A stretch of DNA of 64,000 nt, from NCBI GenBank assembly GCA_017499595.2, contig CM038998.1, forward strand, positions 2,108,001 to 2,172,000. Direction: 5' to 3'. A model generated the notes under the pieces. The model was not told the DNA's origin and made no database searches. It saw only the letters and a program-made list of their open reading frames with translations. This document shows positions 12,538 to 24,642 of this stretch, piece after piece. How positions within the stretch are numbered: the first letter of the stretch is position 1; every line of letters begins with the position of its first letter. The stretch comes from Psilocybe cubensis (Eukaryota). The translations under genes and the position numbers were made by a program.

Positions 12538-13960
12538 CTACTGTTTCTTCACCCTGAAAAGATATATCAGTGGTTTGATACTTTCAAAGCAAGCAGCAGA
12601 CTCACCAAGCCTTAACATAGTCCGCAAAGGACACCATGCAGATTGTTTGCCAGATACCTAGACCAATTCGGGGGGTAACACCACGGTACAAGCCTTTGAT
12701 GCCATTTTCCTTGTAGATGAAGCTCAGCGTGTTGAGAATGGTGAGTTTCGCGGGTCGATTAGAGTTAGCGGTACCCTTGGCCATACTTTGCATCTAGGAC
12801 AAAATACATAAATTGATTTTGATACACGCGATGAAAATTCATACCTCGACACGAATGACTTCGATTGGTTGATTCCATGTGGCCAGAGCACCACCAATTG
12901 AGGAGGCAACAATTTTGTCGACGGCGCCGAGTTTTTCCGACTCACCCTTGCCTCGAATTTTACGGATGGAATCTTCTGCAAGGCGAGCAAAACCCATACT
13001 GGCATTATGTTAGTTGGGGTGCAATGAATATCTTATATGTGGAGACATACCGAGAACCCCAGTTCGTGCATTGGCGGACAGCGACAGCATTCACACCCTT
13101 GTTAACGCCGGCCAAACCCTCGCGACGGTAAATGTCGGCAAAGACTGCCCAGGTCGAAGGGGGTTTGACACCGGTAGCGGCGGTTTTGGCACGGGTGATT
13201 TCAGCAGTCTTCATGCATGTTGTGAAGCCTTGAAATCACCTATCAGTCGCGTAGAAATTATGGGACGCGACCTTCAGGATGATGGACGTACCCATAGTCG
13301 CGTAAGCCTGTGCAACACCTCCAGTCATTCCTCCCAACAACCCGGCAAATCCAGGGTTAATGCCAGCAGCCAAAGCCGCTGTTTCCACTTCAGAAGCCGC
13401 AAAAACTAAGACGGCGCCTTTTGTTGAAGCTTCAATCCAAGCCTATAAAATAAAATGAATCAGACGCGCGTATCACTGTAGAAAAAGGGTGCGTACCCAA
13501 GGGATAAGACCTTGGTAGAACCCAGCAACTCCCCCGCGCCCCCAAACTGTTTTACAGGCATTCCACATAGATTGGGACCGATTTGCAGCCATTTGGGTTT
13601 TCAGAACCTCAAGAGGTTGACCAAGTGTGGTGACCTGGGTGGAATAAATTAGTTATCATCTTCCCCAATACGACTGAGTCGATGCACTACTCACTTCCTA
13701 TTGGCAGAATGACGTTAGTGACTGCATGACAATAAATACACGTATGCGAATGTACTCACGAACTATTGTATGCATTTCATAGGGGAGAAAAAGTCAGTGA
13801 CACGAACCATAAGGTTTTGTCCTCAAGAAGCATACCATGTTCATAATGCCACCTAACGAAGGTGAGCAAACGACAGTATTTGTGAAGTAAGGGCGCACTC
13901 ACCAACAGCAATGTTGGACCAATTGACGCCCTTTTGACCTGGTTCTGAAGAAACGCCCAT
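12538..13960 (-). CDS. YHM2: Mitochondrial citrate/oxoglutarate carrier (Yhm2-like), contains two 3-nt exons
   Basis: Spliced N-terminus ...[31 protein letters not shown]...GFYQGLIPW closely matches Yhm2. Carrier PxExxK/R motifs present. [17 protein letters not shown] near the C-terminus. Confidence 0.92.
13695..13697 (-). other. 3-nt microexon GAA (Glu) of YHM2
   Basis: Minus strand reads ctaac...ccaatag|GAA|gtgagt. Confidence 0.85.
13760..13762 (-). other. 3-nt microexon TTC (Phe) of YHM2
   Basis: Minus strand reads ctgac...acaatag|TTC|gtgagt. Confidence 0.85.
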
Positions 13961-14502
13961 GACTGCAGGAAAGGAAAAGAAATGGGGAGAAAGAGTAGGA
14001 AGAGAGGTCAAAAGGGAGTTTATACTCGCCTGATTTATGGCGGATTTATTATTGGGGCCGGACGAGATCGGACTTTTGTGGACTTAGCCGAATTTCCACT
14101 AACCGCGGACAGGCATTATGGTACGGAACCCAGGTTATCACTTTCTCCTAAACTCGGGATAGTAACAGAGTAGATATCACAAGACAGTCCCTGTTCCGAG
14201 TCAAATAGGATGCATATGGCTGCTACAAATACGATGGCGAAGTGTGGAAAGACTAGAAACTAATTATACTAATACTACGGTTTGTGCGAATGTAAGAGAG
14301 AGAAATAACGCGAAAAGAAGGTAGGTATAATAAAGAAAGGCTTGCGGTATATTTTTCTGCAAAGCCTTTGCTTAAGAAAAGAAGTAAAAGAATTGCAAGT
14401 ATCATGACCAGATTCTGGGGCGTCCTTTGGGTAATATTCACAGACTTCAGGGAGGGTCCAAACCGAGATTGTCACTGCACAGCATGTGCTTAGAAATGTC
14501 GA

Positions 14503-17500
14503 TTAAGATTTACTTTCGACCTGGCCAAGCCTCTCAAGATCTTCCTTTAATCTATATCAATTGTCAGCATATGGACACACAATAGGTCAAATGAAAAAGG
14601 AATAAGAATGGTGCACTGGTACAAAAATACGATAAAGAATATTCGTAACACACATACCGGGTGATCTGTTCTGAACTTTCTTCCTGTTCTTGTTCTAAGT
14701 ACTGAATTTCCATTGCTTTGCGTGCGATATCCTGCTGTAGTTCGCTCACTTTGACGAGCGCAGACTCTACCTCGTCCCTCGCGAGTTTCATAGCTTTCTC
14801 GTGTTCAGCTTGAAGATCGTAAACCTTCAAGTTATGCGCCTCGTGCATCTTAATTAATTCTTCCTTTGTAATTCCTGAATTTGAGGCGGGTATAGTTCCA
14901 TTGCCAGAGTTTTTGGGACTAGACGTTTGGCGAGCCTCCAGAGAGGCCTTTGCTGTGGCAAGCTCGCCTTCCAAGTCAGAAAGCCGGACAAGTAGGTCTG
15001 ATTTCTGTTTCGCCAACGTATTCACTTCAGCATCGTGCGCTTCTCGTAGTTTGAGGACCTCGTCTGCGCGACTCTTTGCAGCTTCTTCAAGCTCTTTCAC
15101 ATGTTTTTCGGATAGTTCAGTCATCGAGGACCTTGTGAGGTTGAGCATATCCGTCATTGCAGCAAGGTCGTCCTTGGTATTAGACAACTCTTTTGTTAGA
15201 CGAGAGATTTCGTTGGCATGCTCAGGTGACAAGCTCGCAGCTGCCTCTGCCTGTGAGCGAGCGGTGTCGCGCTGTTGAGTGAGGGTCTCTATTTCTGAGT
15301 TTGAAGTTTCGACAGCGGCTTTGGCCTTAAAAAGGTCATCCTGAGTGGCCTTGAGTTCTAAGTTCAGCGTACTGATTTGCTTCTTTAAGGCATTGATTTC
15401 TGAATCCATCAATGATTGGTGTTCAGACTTGAGGTTGTTGATACTTTCTTGATTGGCTTGTTGCAATTGCGCGACAGTGATATCTGCGTTAGCACGGAAC
15501 ACTTTAAGTTCTTCTGAGTGTGCCCTAGCTGCCTCGTCCTTCAAAGGACCGTAAATAGAAGTTACTAAGATGACCATGAAGGAATTACCTTTGCACGTTC
15601 AAAGGCTTCTTGCAACAATTTGACATGCTCGTTTTTTACCACTTCAACTTTCGCATTATAAAAAGTTTCTTGGTTCTGGTTACGTATATCATCAGAAATG
15701 GACACTTGTCAGATATGCAAAACTTACTTTGAGCTCCTCTGAGATCTTCTCGATATCGGCGGTCAGCGATGCTTGCTGGGCAGCGTGAAGCTCTTGCAAT
15801 TCTGCCATCTTTTTTGCATGACTCGCCTCACTTTCCAGAATACCCTTCTCGGCTTGTTCTTTGGCCGCCGTCGCTTCCAGTAAAGTCATTTTGAGGTCCT
15901 CGAGCGAATTTTCCAACGCTTTATAGCTCTCAGACCTTGTATCCAATTCGGCCTGGTGGCGTTTAACTAGCGCCGCGAGCTCCTCTGCGTGAGAGGCATT
16001 CGATTGTTTGGCAGATTCATTGGCCGCATCAACAGCAGTCGTCAGCGTAGCCAACTGACCTTCTAGCATGGTGATTTGCTTTTGTAGGGCGTCTCTTGTA
16101 TCTTCAAGGTTCTCCAGAACTTCCCTTGATTCCAATATTTCAACCTCAAGCTCGGAGAGTTTGTTGGCGTTGTCCTCCTTCTCGGCTTTGAGTGATGCTA
16201 CTTGAGCTTGCAAAGCTTCGGTAGCGGCCAGTTGTTCACGAAGTTCGGCTATTTGACTTTCTGAATCTTGCATCGCTTTGGTGTGGGTAACTTTGAGAGC
16301 CTCTACTTCCTCTGTGACGGCTTTGAGATTTGCCTGAGCGGTCACAAGGGCTTCATGTTCGATTAATGCTGCTTCCGTTGCTGCGGTACTGGAGAGCGCA
16401 TTTGACTGTTCGAGGCTCTCCAATTTCTTCTCGAAGGCGGCGAGGTTATCCTTTAATTCCTGAACTTCTGCCTTTAAAGACTCGATCAGGGTATTTTGGG
16501 ATGAAATCGTCGAGTTGGCCGCCTCAAGCTATCATATATATATAAGCGAGATATAAGCAGACTGATTATGATTAAGCTGACCTGCTCGTTCTTAGTGTCC
16601 ATGGTAATGGTAAGCTCTTGTAGTGACTTCTGAACATCGCTAAGCATTTTTTGATACTCCATTAACTGGGATTCGGCATCTTTCCTAGCCAGCTCAGACT
16701 CCGTCATCGAAGTATCTTTTGATTCAATCTCCTTTAACTTGATATCCAAAGCCTGCTTGAGAGTCTCTATCTGATTTTCGAGTTCAAAAACTTGTGCATT
16801 TTTTGATTGGAAAGATTGTGTCGTCTCGGCGAGCTGAATTGAAATAGAAATTTAGAATGGCACGAACGCGTTAAAAAACTCAACTCACCTGTGTACGAAG
16901 ATCATCCAGAGCCTTTGTATCCTCTTTAACTTCTTTAATTGATGAAATGGAGCCAGCAGTTCTACTTGGTGGTTTGGCGGGTGCTGCGGTACTAGACCGG
17001 GATGTAGTCGAGGACCTTGCAGTAACAGGGGGCTTCACGGAACTCACTACGCTGGGGCGCGAGGATGGAGGTGTTTTCTTTACCGATTCCGATACTGATG
17101 CACGAGGGCGAGCTGTAGGAGCAGCAGATGCGCCCTTCGTGGAAGCGGACGCGACGGATCCAGTCGGAGAGGCCACTGTGCTACGCACAGGGGCATCGGA
17201 AGGTTTTGCGCTCGTAGAAGCCGAAAGAGAGGACTTTACTGGTGGAGAGGCGATTGTCCTTGTCGGAGCAACGGAAGCTCGTCGGGCTGTAGTGGTAGAA
17301 GGCGCAGGGGGTTTACTCGATGCGGAAGAGGTGGGCTTTGCCGCAAGGGGATTGGTCGTTAGAGCCTTGCGCATAGCCGGGGCAGCAACTTTGGAGGGGG
17401 GCACAGAAGCTGCAGAGGTAGTTGGCTTTGTTCCAGCCGACTTTACCGATCCTGCACCAAACGTACCGGAATTGATGATCTGGAAAAATGGCAAGATATT

Positions 17501-17896
17501 AAGGCGAGTGCATTCACAGATGCTCAAGAAATGCACCTTTTTTACAGTTGGAGTGGGAGGGCCACCGTTTGCTTTCTTTGGTGGAACAACAGACACAGGA
17601 CCTATCTTCTTAGTCCCAGCGCCTTCCTTATTATTATTGACAACTTTGACAGGGACCTCAGCAGCAGCCTCGGCGTGAGCTGGCGTCACTTCCTCCAGAT
17701 TCAAATCGCCGTTCGAGGTTCCTGAGGTTTCTTCCTGGCGAACTAAATAGATGGATTCAGTCAGTATCAGTGGTGTCCATAAAACAATACGCTCCCCAGC
17801 CTGACCTGAATCCTCGTGTTCGGTATCAGACTTATCATCATGAGGTGGTAGCTGGTTGTCATGCAAAGATTCGGGTATCGTGACAATTTCAGCCAT
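14503..17896 (-). CDS. Large protein with basic Ser/Thr/Pro/Ala-rich N-terminus and long coiled-coil; function unknown
   Basis: Exon ORFs 16880-17896, 15692-16423 and 14564-15577 join by GT-AG introns. Heptad-rich E/K/L/A/Q composition. Terminal exon 14503-14551 (LKEDLERLGQVESKS*). Confidence 0.82.
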
Positions 17897-18067
17897 TATT
17901 GAAATCGTAAGGGGAAGGAACGTATTAGTCCAACGTAGTCCTCAGAAGTAATTGCCGAGAGACAGTCCGTTAAGGGTAGTATTACACCAACAAGAACGTG
18001 AAATAATTAAAAATGATTGTGGGAACTTGGGAAGGGCATGCAGAACTATGATCCAAAACATACAAAT

Positions 18068-18086
18068 GTAAACAAACGCGTCGCGT
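18068..18086. promoter_or_regulatory. Forkhead-like GTAAACAAA overlapping tandem MCB-like ACGCGTCGCGT
   Basis: gtaaacaaacgcgtcgcgt lies about 180 bp upstream of the coiled-coil gene ATG. Confidence 0.5.
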
Positions 18087-18256
18087 ATGAACCAGGATAC
18101 AAGAAACATCTGGTTCAAATAATACAGAATTTACTTGAAGGGTAACACATCGACACTAGATATCAGGTCCCAGATTTATAACGCAAGATATTTTATACAG
18201 ATGGTCGACGTGGATAGTAATACGAGGGGTAGAAATGCGGATAACATAGGCCCATT

Positions 18257-19408
18257 TTAGGCACCGGATGCCACAAGATTGAGTCCATTGAGCGCCGGCT
18301 CATCGAGGGAGTTATGATTATAGCTTAAGATGGATACCTAAGGCGATATTATAAATCGAATAAATGGTTATTCATGGTTAAGAATGCGCACAGATCCAGG
18401 TTCAACATTGAAATGAGTTCCTATTGCCAAAGAGTCAGCAATGAACGTTCAAACGGCCATTTCTAAAAGGAAAGTTACCGAGGCATAGTGGAAAATTAAT
18501 CCACCGAGATATGAGGACGCGGCTGAAATGCCCATGTGCGACAATAAGAACATCTCGCGTGTGTTTACCTTCTTCCTTATATTCCTTGTGATACTGGCGC
18601 ACCTGTAAGCAGATTCAACGGCTTCTCATATAAGTGATGGTTGTCATAGATCGTAGACATACTTTTTTAATAACACCATCGACTCGGGCTTGCATATCCT
18701 CTACCGACTCTCCTCCAGGACAACTTAAACAACCAAAAATGAATAGATGGCAGATTTAATTAGACCGGACACACCCATCGTTCCAAATCTTCCACCCAGG
18801 GTTGATTTTTTGGATTTCAGCGGGTTTTAATCCTTCATACTCGCCTTCCAGCTCATTAGTATCAGTTCTATAGACACTTCATGAAGATTTACCGTAATCC
18901 CACTCTCTGACTTCTTCGGTGAGGACGTAATCGGGTTCAACGGTATGATCAAAGAGAAGATGAAACGTTGTGGCAGCTCTTTGACGAGGGGATACTTGGG
19001 CCGTGCAAATATTCTTTGGATCGAGAAGACCTATTTATTCGCATGAGCATAGATAATAGGCTCTAGTGTATGAACCAGGAGCTCACGTCCTTCACCCACT
19101 AACAGGGGTGCCATTTTCTTAACTTGCTCAACTCCGACGTCAGTGAGAGGGATATCGGATCGTCCTGTCTGGTTGTAAATTGTAAAATCTGAGTTATGTA
19201 CAAGATATGCCGGGACTCACATGTCTCCTGATAACAGTGTTTTTGTATCAACAGCAGCGAAGAAAACTGAGCATGTTGGTTGTACTTGCCCGTTCTGAGA
19301 CCACTCAGTCTGGCCTTTGAGCCATTTAGATGTCGATATCAGATTGATAAATGAAATCTCACCGTGTCTGACGACAAACAAGCGGGGAGCTGGACGATGT
19401 TCAGCCAT
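18257..19408 (-). CDS. Histidine phosphatase (phosphoglycerate mutase-like), Shb17 sedoheptulose-bisphosphatase type
   Basis: LFVVRHG|QTEWSQNG|RH|TGRSDIPLT, SPRQRA, EWDYG|EYEG, GCPGGES, IVAHGHFSRVLISRW. TATA (tatataag) about 55 nt upstream. Confidence 0.88.
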
Positions 19409-19840
19409 GATGGACCAGGGAAGGAACGGAAAACTACAAAGCCATCAAAAACTGGGCAGACTTATATAGCGGGCGCGGCAGGGTTGAACTCGCATCCATA
19501 TCAAAGTTCACAAGCGGCGTTGAACAAGATCTCAGTGTGAAATAAACGTCACGGCCTCTCCGCAGTTGACCGTGGAGAATGCAACAGATTCATCCTGTTT
19601 TCATTTCATTTTCCTGACATCCGGTCCGGATGCCATCCACGCAGTCACATGGCCTTCATTTACGTCCATCCCAATCCTTCAACCTCATTCTTGCAAACTC
19701 CAAGCGCTCACCTCTGCGATTCCATCAAGCTTTTGACTGTTTTCACCAGTCCGTGCCTCGAGGCGCCCCATTCTTATACTGAACATTTCTATCCCTTATA
19801 TCAACTCCAGAGGCTTCCTTTCCCCACCTTGGTCTAGGCA

Positions 19841-22800
19841 ATGTTTGACGACTGTGTGTCATCACCTGGACTTTCCGTACTCGTATTAAACTGTCCTAAT
19901 CATTCTAGATGTCGAACATGCTGTCGGAGACCATTCTGCTCATGTAGAGTCTGCTGCTCCATTGCCTAAACTCCAGTATGAAGGATTCGAACCTTTGCCT
20001 TATGAACCTGATGATGCGCGCGCCAGCATAGAAGACGGTCGGGTGCGCGTTTCAGTACGCTGCGGATGCTCATTTGACTGACTTTCTACATTATGCTCGT
20101 CTATAGGATGTCGTATCAGAAGCTAACGCGCCCGTTGCCCCTGTTTTTGAACTGGGCAGAGTTCAATACGCTTTCCCCGCCCCGCTTGTCTCATTTGTTG
20201 TCAGCTCTGACATGCTCGCTATGGGACTTGTATCGAATACCATTGTTCTAATTGAATTGTCCCGAGCAGATCAAGTAGTCAAGGTTCAAATTCCTAGGAA
20301 ACCCACTGAAATGCTAATCTACAAGCTTTTCATGGATCCATCTGGCAAACATATAATCATAACCTCAGAGCAAGCGGAGAACTGGTACCTTCATCGTTCA
20401 TGGAAAAAGCCACGACAGTTGAAAGGTTTCAAGATGGTTATTGAAAGCATTGCTTGGAATAAAGCAGCACTTCTATCCTCGACTCACTCCACCTCAACCA
20501 GAGAAATCTTGATTGGCGCCAGAAGTGGAACGATATTTGAGGCTGTACTGGATGCAGAAGAAGACTTCTTCAAATCTCATGAACGCTATTTACAACCTGT
20601 ATTCTCCCTCCCAGAACGACACTCAATCACTGGGATCAGATTTGATTATTTCCCTTCCGATCCTAAGCAAGCCCTTGTTCTTGTGACAACACCAACACGT
20701 ATATACCAATTCTCTGGTACGGTTGATAAGAAGGCAGATGATGCGGGGAGAGTGTTTAGTAGTTTGTTTGCAGCGTATCGCGAAACAGCGCCAAGTAAGT
20801 CCATCTTTCGTGTCTTGATTTGTTTGACCAAACTCTCGTCGGTAGAAATTCTGGAGCTTCCGAGCAATTTACAGCATTCAGAATTACATTTTTACACAGT
20901 AAATCCCGATCAAGCCATGTCTCTTCCTAAAAAGATGGCCTGGATGACTGGTATGTTTCTTGGGATCTTTCACCATCCAATCTAACGCAGTTGTGCCACA
21001 GGACCTGGGATATACCATGGGACACTGAACTTTGAGACTGAGCCTGAAGACCACATAGATGCCGCTGCTCTTCTACCCTATCCTACATTCCCAATGAATG
21101 AAAACTCGGAAACCCCACTCTCTTTGAGCCTAACGGAATTTCATTTTCTTCTACTTTATCAGGATAAAGTAGTAGGTATCTGCAATCTCGACGATACAAT
21201 AACATACGAAGAGTCGCTACCGTTGGTATGTACAGATTTGTCTTTTGTGTACAAACGTATATTAAAACCATTAACAGAAGCCGAATGAGGTGGTTCTAGG
21301 ACTTTCGGCCGACCCAGTCCGCAGAACTTATTGGGTTTATACAAACCAATCATTGTTTGAACTCGTTATTGGAAATGAAGATCGGGACGTGTGGAAAATA
21401 TACCTTGAGAAAGGGCAGTTCGAAATCGCCCTTCGATACGCCAAAGTAAGTTTGTTTCGACGTCTTTTTGAATCCATAAAGGCTGACTTTTTAGACTGCC
21501 CGCCAACGAGATCAAATCCTATTTGCTCAGGCCAATCATCTATTTTTGAATGCTCAATATTTTCCAGCTGCACAATGTTATGCACATTGTTCTGCCACAT
21601 TTGAAGAAGTTGCGTTGAAGTTTTTGGATGTAGGAGAGCGCGATTCCTTGCGGTCGTATCTGATATCAAGGCTGGAACGCACACGGAAGACTGTAGGTAT
21701 TTTCACATTTAACAAGTTATAATCAGCTAATGACTGGCAGGATTTGACGCAACGGATGATACTTGCTACCTGGCTAGTTGAATTTTATCTCAGCAAATGC
21801 AATGAGTTGGATGATATCGTTGCATCCGAATCGATATCGCAGGATGTGAACAACCTACAAGCTGAAAGGCTAATTGTAGAAGAAGATTTGCGACAATTTT
21901 TCGAGACGTACAAGGTAAACTGAACCTTGCCTTTCGTTTTAACATGCTGATTGGCCCCGCTAGAACAATCTTGACAAAGATACAGTGTATGAATTGATAC
22001 AGGGTCATGGCCGCACCGATATGTATATATTTTATGCCACCACAATCGGAGATTTCGAGCGTGTCATCGAGCATTATGTCATGGAAGAAGAGTGGGTGAA
22101 AGCGATTGAAGTTATCAGCCGCCAGGTATGGAGAAATTTATCTTGGGACCAGTTTGTGATTTTGATTAAAAATAGTCCAATCTTGAACTTTATTATCGCT
22201 TCGGCCCTACGCTCATGCACCAAGTCCCCAAAGAGACTGTTGACTCATGGCTTCGTCAACCTTCTCTAAACCCTCTACGTTTGGTACCATCCATCCTTCA
22301 GCTTCAACACTCACTTCGAGATCCGCTATCACCGAATCATGCCATCCGATATTTGAACCATATTATTTTTGACCAGAACAACACTTCCCCGACAATACAT
22401 AACCTTTTGATCACCTTTTATGCCTCCCCTCCTTCCTATACACCGTCAGACGACGATGGTCCATTACTCCGCTTCCTTTCTACTGCTCCATCGGATCCGA
22501 TAACTGGGAAACCTTATTATGATCTAGACTATGCTCTTCGATTATGCAAGCTCTCTGGGCGAACGCAACCTTGTGTTCATATCTACTCTAAAATGGGTCT
22601 TTGGGAAAATAGTGTTGATCTGGCGTTAGAAAAAGGAGATCTGGAGCTTGCCAAAATCAATGCCGATATGCCTGAAGATGACCCATCTCTGAGGAAGAAG
22701 CTGTGGTTGAAAATAGCGCGATATGTAGTCCAAGACAAGAAGGACATCAAATCGTACGTGTTTGTTTACTTTCCCATGAATCGTTCATCAACTTTCTATG

Positions 22801-23691
22801 TCCAGTGCAATGCGTTTTCTTGAAAATGCGGATTTGTTAAAGATAGAAGATATTTTGCCTTTCTTCCCTGATTTCGTAGTCATCGACGATTTCAAAGAAG
22901 AGATTGCCCATGCTTTGGAAGGGTATTCTGCTCAGATCGACGCGCTCAAGGCTGAAATGGATGAGGCTACACAGACAGCAGAATCGATCAAGCAAGACAT
23001 AGCAGCCCTAAAAAATCGGTTTATCACGATTGATGCAAATGAGAAGTGTTCGAATTGTTCCAACCTCCTCTTGTCCCGTCAATTTTACGTGTTCCCCTGT
23101 CATCACACTTTCCATGCGGATTGCTTGATTGGTCTTGTAAGTTGCACTTTTCAGTGGCCGAATGTCTGGATTTACAAAGTTCTTTAGGCCAAGGAATACT
23201 TACCCCCTCATGCCTTGCGACGAATCATTACCCTGCAAAATGAACTGATGAAAGACAGTCCCAGGACGAGGGGAAATGTCAGCAAACCATCCCTGATGTT
23301 AACACAACCTCCAAATGGACGCCAACCAATGACACAACGAACATTACTTTCCGCTAACTTTGGGCCGATTGTAAGCCCACTACAAAATGGGGCGAAGGCC
23401 GCAAACATGTTGGGCCGCAGTGTAATGTCGGCAGGAGATAGACTAAGAGACCTCATCATACCCGACGCACTTGCTACCTTGGTATCGTCGCCTAATTGGT
23501 TGCCTGGCATCGGAGGAAGTAATCGGTTGGCGAGTGAAGAGAACACGCCAAGCCATAAGAAATTGGAAAGCATAAGGGTAGAACTGGAAGAGCTGCTTTC
23601 CAGTAGCTGTCCATTGTGTGAAGGCGTAGTTGCTGGGCTGGACAAACCTTTTATAGCAGAGGGCGAATTGGGCTCGTCTTGGACGTTGTAG
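19841..23691 (+). CDS. PEP3: Vacuolar sorting protein Pep3/Vps18 (CORVET/HOPS)
   Basis: LFMDPSGKH, LTEFHFLLLY, EDRDVWKIYL, KKLWLKIA, LLKIEDILPFFPDFVVIDDFK and a C-terminal RING (CSNC...FPCHHTFHADC...CPLC). Confidence 0.95.
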
Positions 23692-23776
23692 TTTTATTGG
23701 TACACCCATACACGTATCTTGCTAATACTCTTACATCCTAATGCCAATGCAAAAGAGAAGGCCTGATCAAAATCAA

Positions 23777-24279
23777 TCAATGGTTGATTTTTTTGGTTCT
23801 TCCTGCGCGACGACGCATTCTAGCTGCCTTCCGTGCACCCATCTACTTCGTAGTGAGGAATATGGAGAATTTATTGAATATTGAATGACATACCTGAGCT
23901 TTAGCCTCCTCCAATCTCAGTTTTTCCTCTTGGATACGTTTTCGTTCTGCTGTGACCTCTCGGCGGCTATGAAAGTGTGAGGGAAGATTACTGCAATTTG
24001 AGAAGATAATTCACCGTTCAAGCTCGGCCTTTCTGTCATCCTTGAGCTCGTTTTCTAGTTTTTTAATGGCAAGGGACTTCTGGGTCTTTTGCATGCGGGC
24101 TTCCCAACTCTTGGTTTTTACACCGAGTGGGAGGTGCGACCGACTAGACATGGAACTAAATTGGAATTAGATGGACAACAGAGAGAATATGCTTACACAG
24201 TAGCGGTCTTACGCTCCTTCCAGGGCTTGCCAGAAACACGGCCATTGGAAGAGGAAGCAAGGGAGACGACCTCGGACAT
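23777..24279 (-). CDS. CGR1: rRNA-processing protein Cgr1
   Basis: MSEVVSLASSSNGRVSGKPWKERK...KSWEARM...basic coiled-coil...MGARKAARMRRRAGRTKKINH*, 4 exons. Confidence 0.88.
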
Positions 24280-24642
24280 GGTGGATGGAGAGAGAAAAGA
24301 AGTCCCACGGTCATATTGATGGACAACTGACTTTGGCGTGCAGAAACGGGCAGACTTGCGCGCTAACGGTTCATTTGATTAAGATTGGAAATGAGAGGAC
24401 ATACTGATTTGATTCAGACATGTACCGGACAGTCAAGAGCTTGGACGGGCTGTCGATGTCGATGAACATTCATCATGCAAAAAGCAGCGGTGATTTTAAA
24501 AGGGCCTCACGTTGTGCATGTTTGGAGTCTCGTCTGTGTAAACTGAATTTAGTCCGTTGCTCACTCAGTCTCTCCAGCCAGCGACACCTTCTTTTTTGCG
24601 GGAGCCTAGCTCGCCCGCTTTCCTTTCTTTTCTTTTTTAGTT

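Noticed and set aside
16947..17678. 243-aa + strand ORF rich in V/A/G/E
   Set aside because: Antisense shadow of the S/T/P/A-rich exon of the coiled-coil gene; its composition is explained by the complementary codons.
19465..19545. Minus-strand GAGTTCAACC resembling a tRNA T-loop/B-box
   Set aside because: T-stem does not pair and no cloverleaf forms; it lies beside the TATA box of the phosphatase gene.
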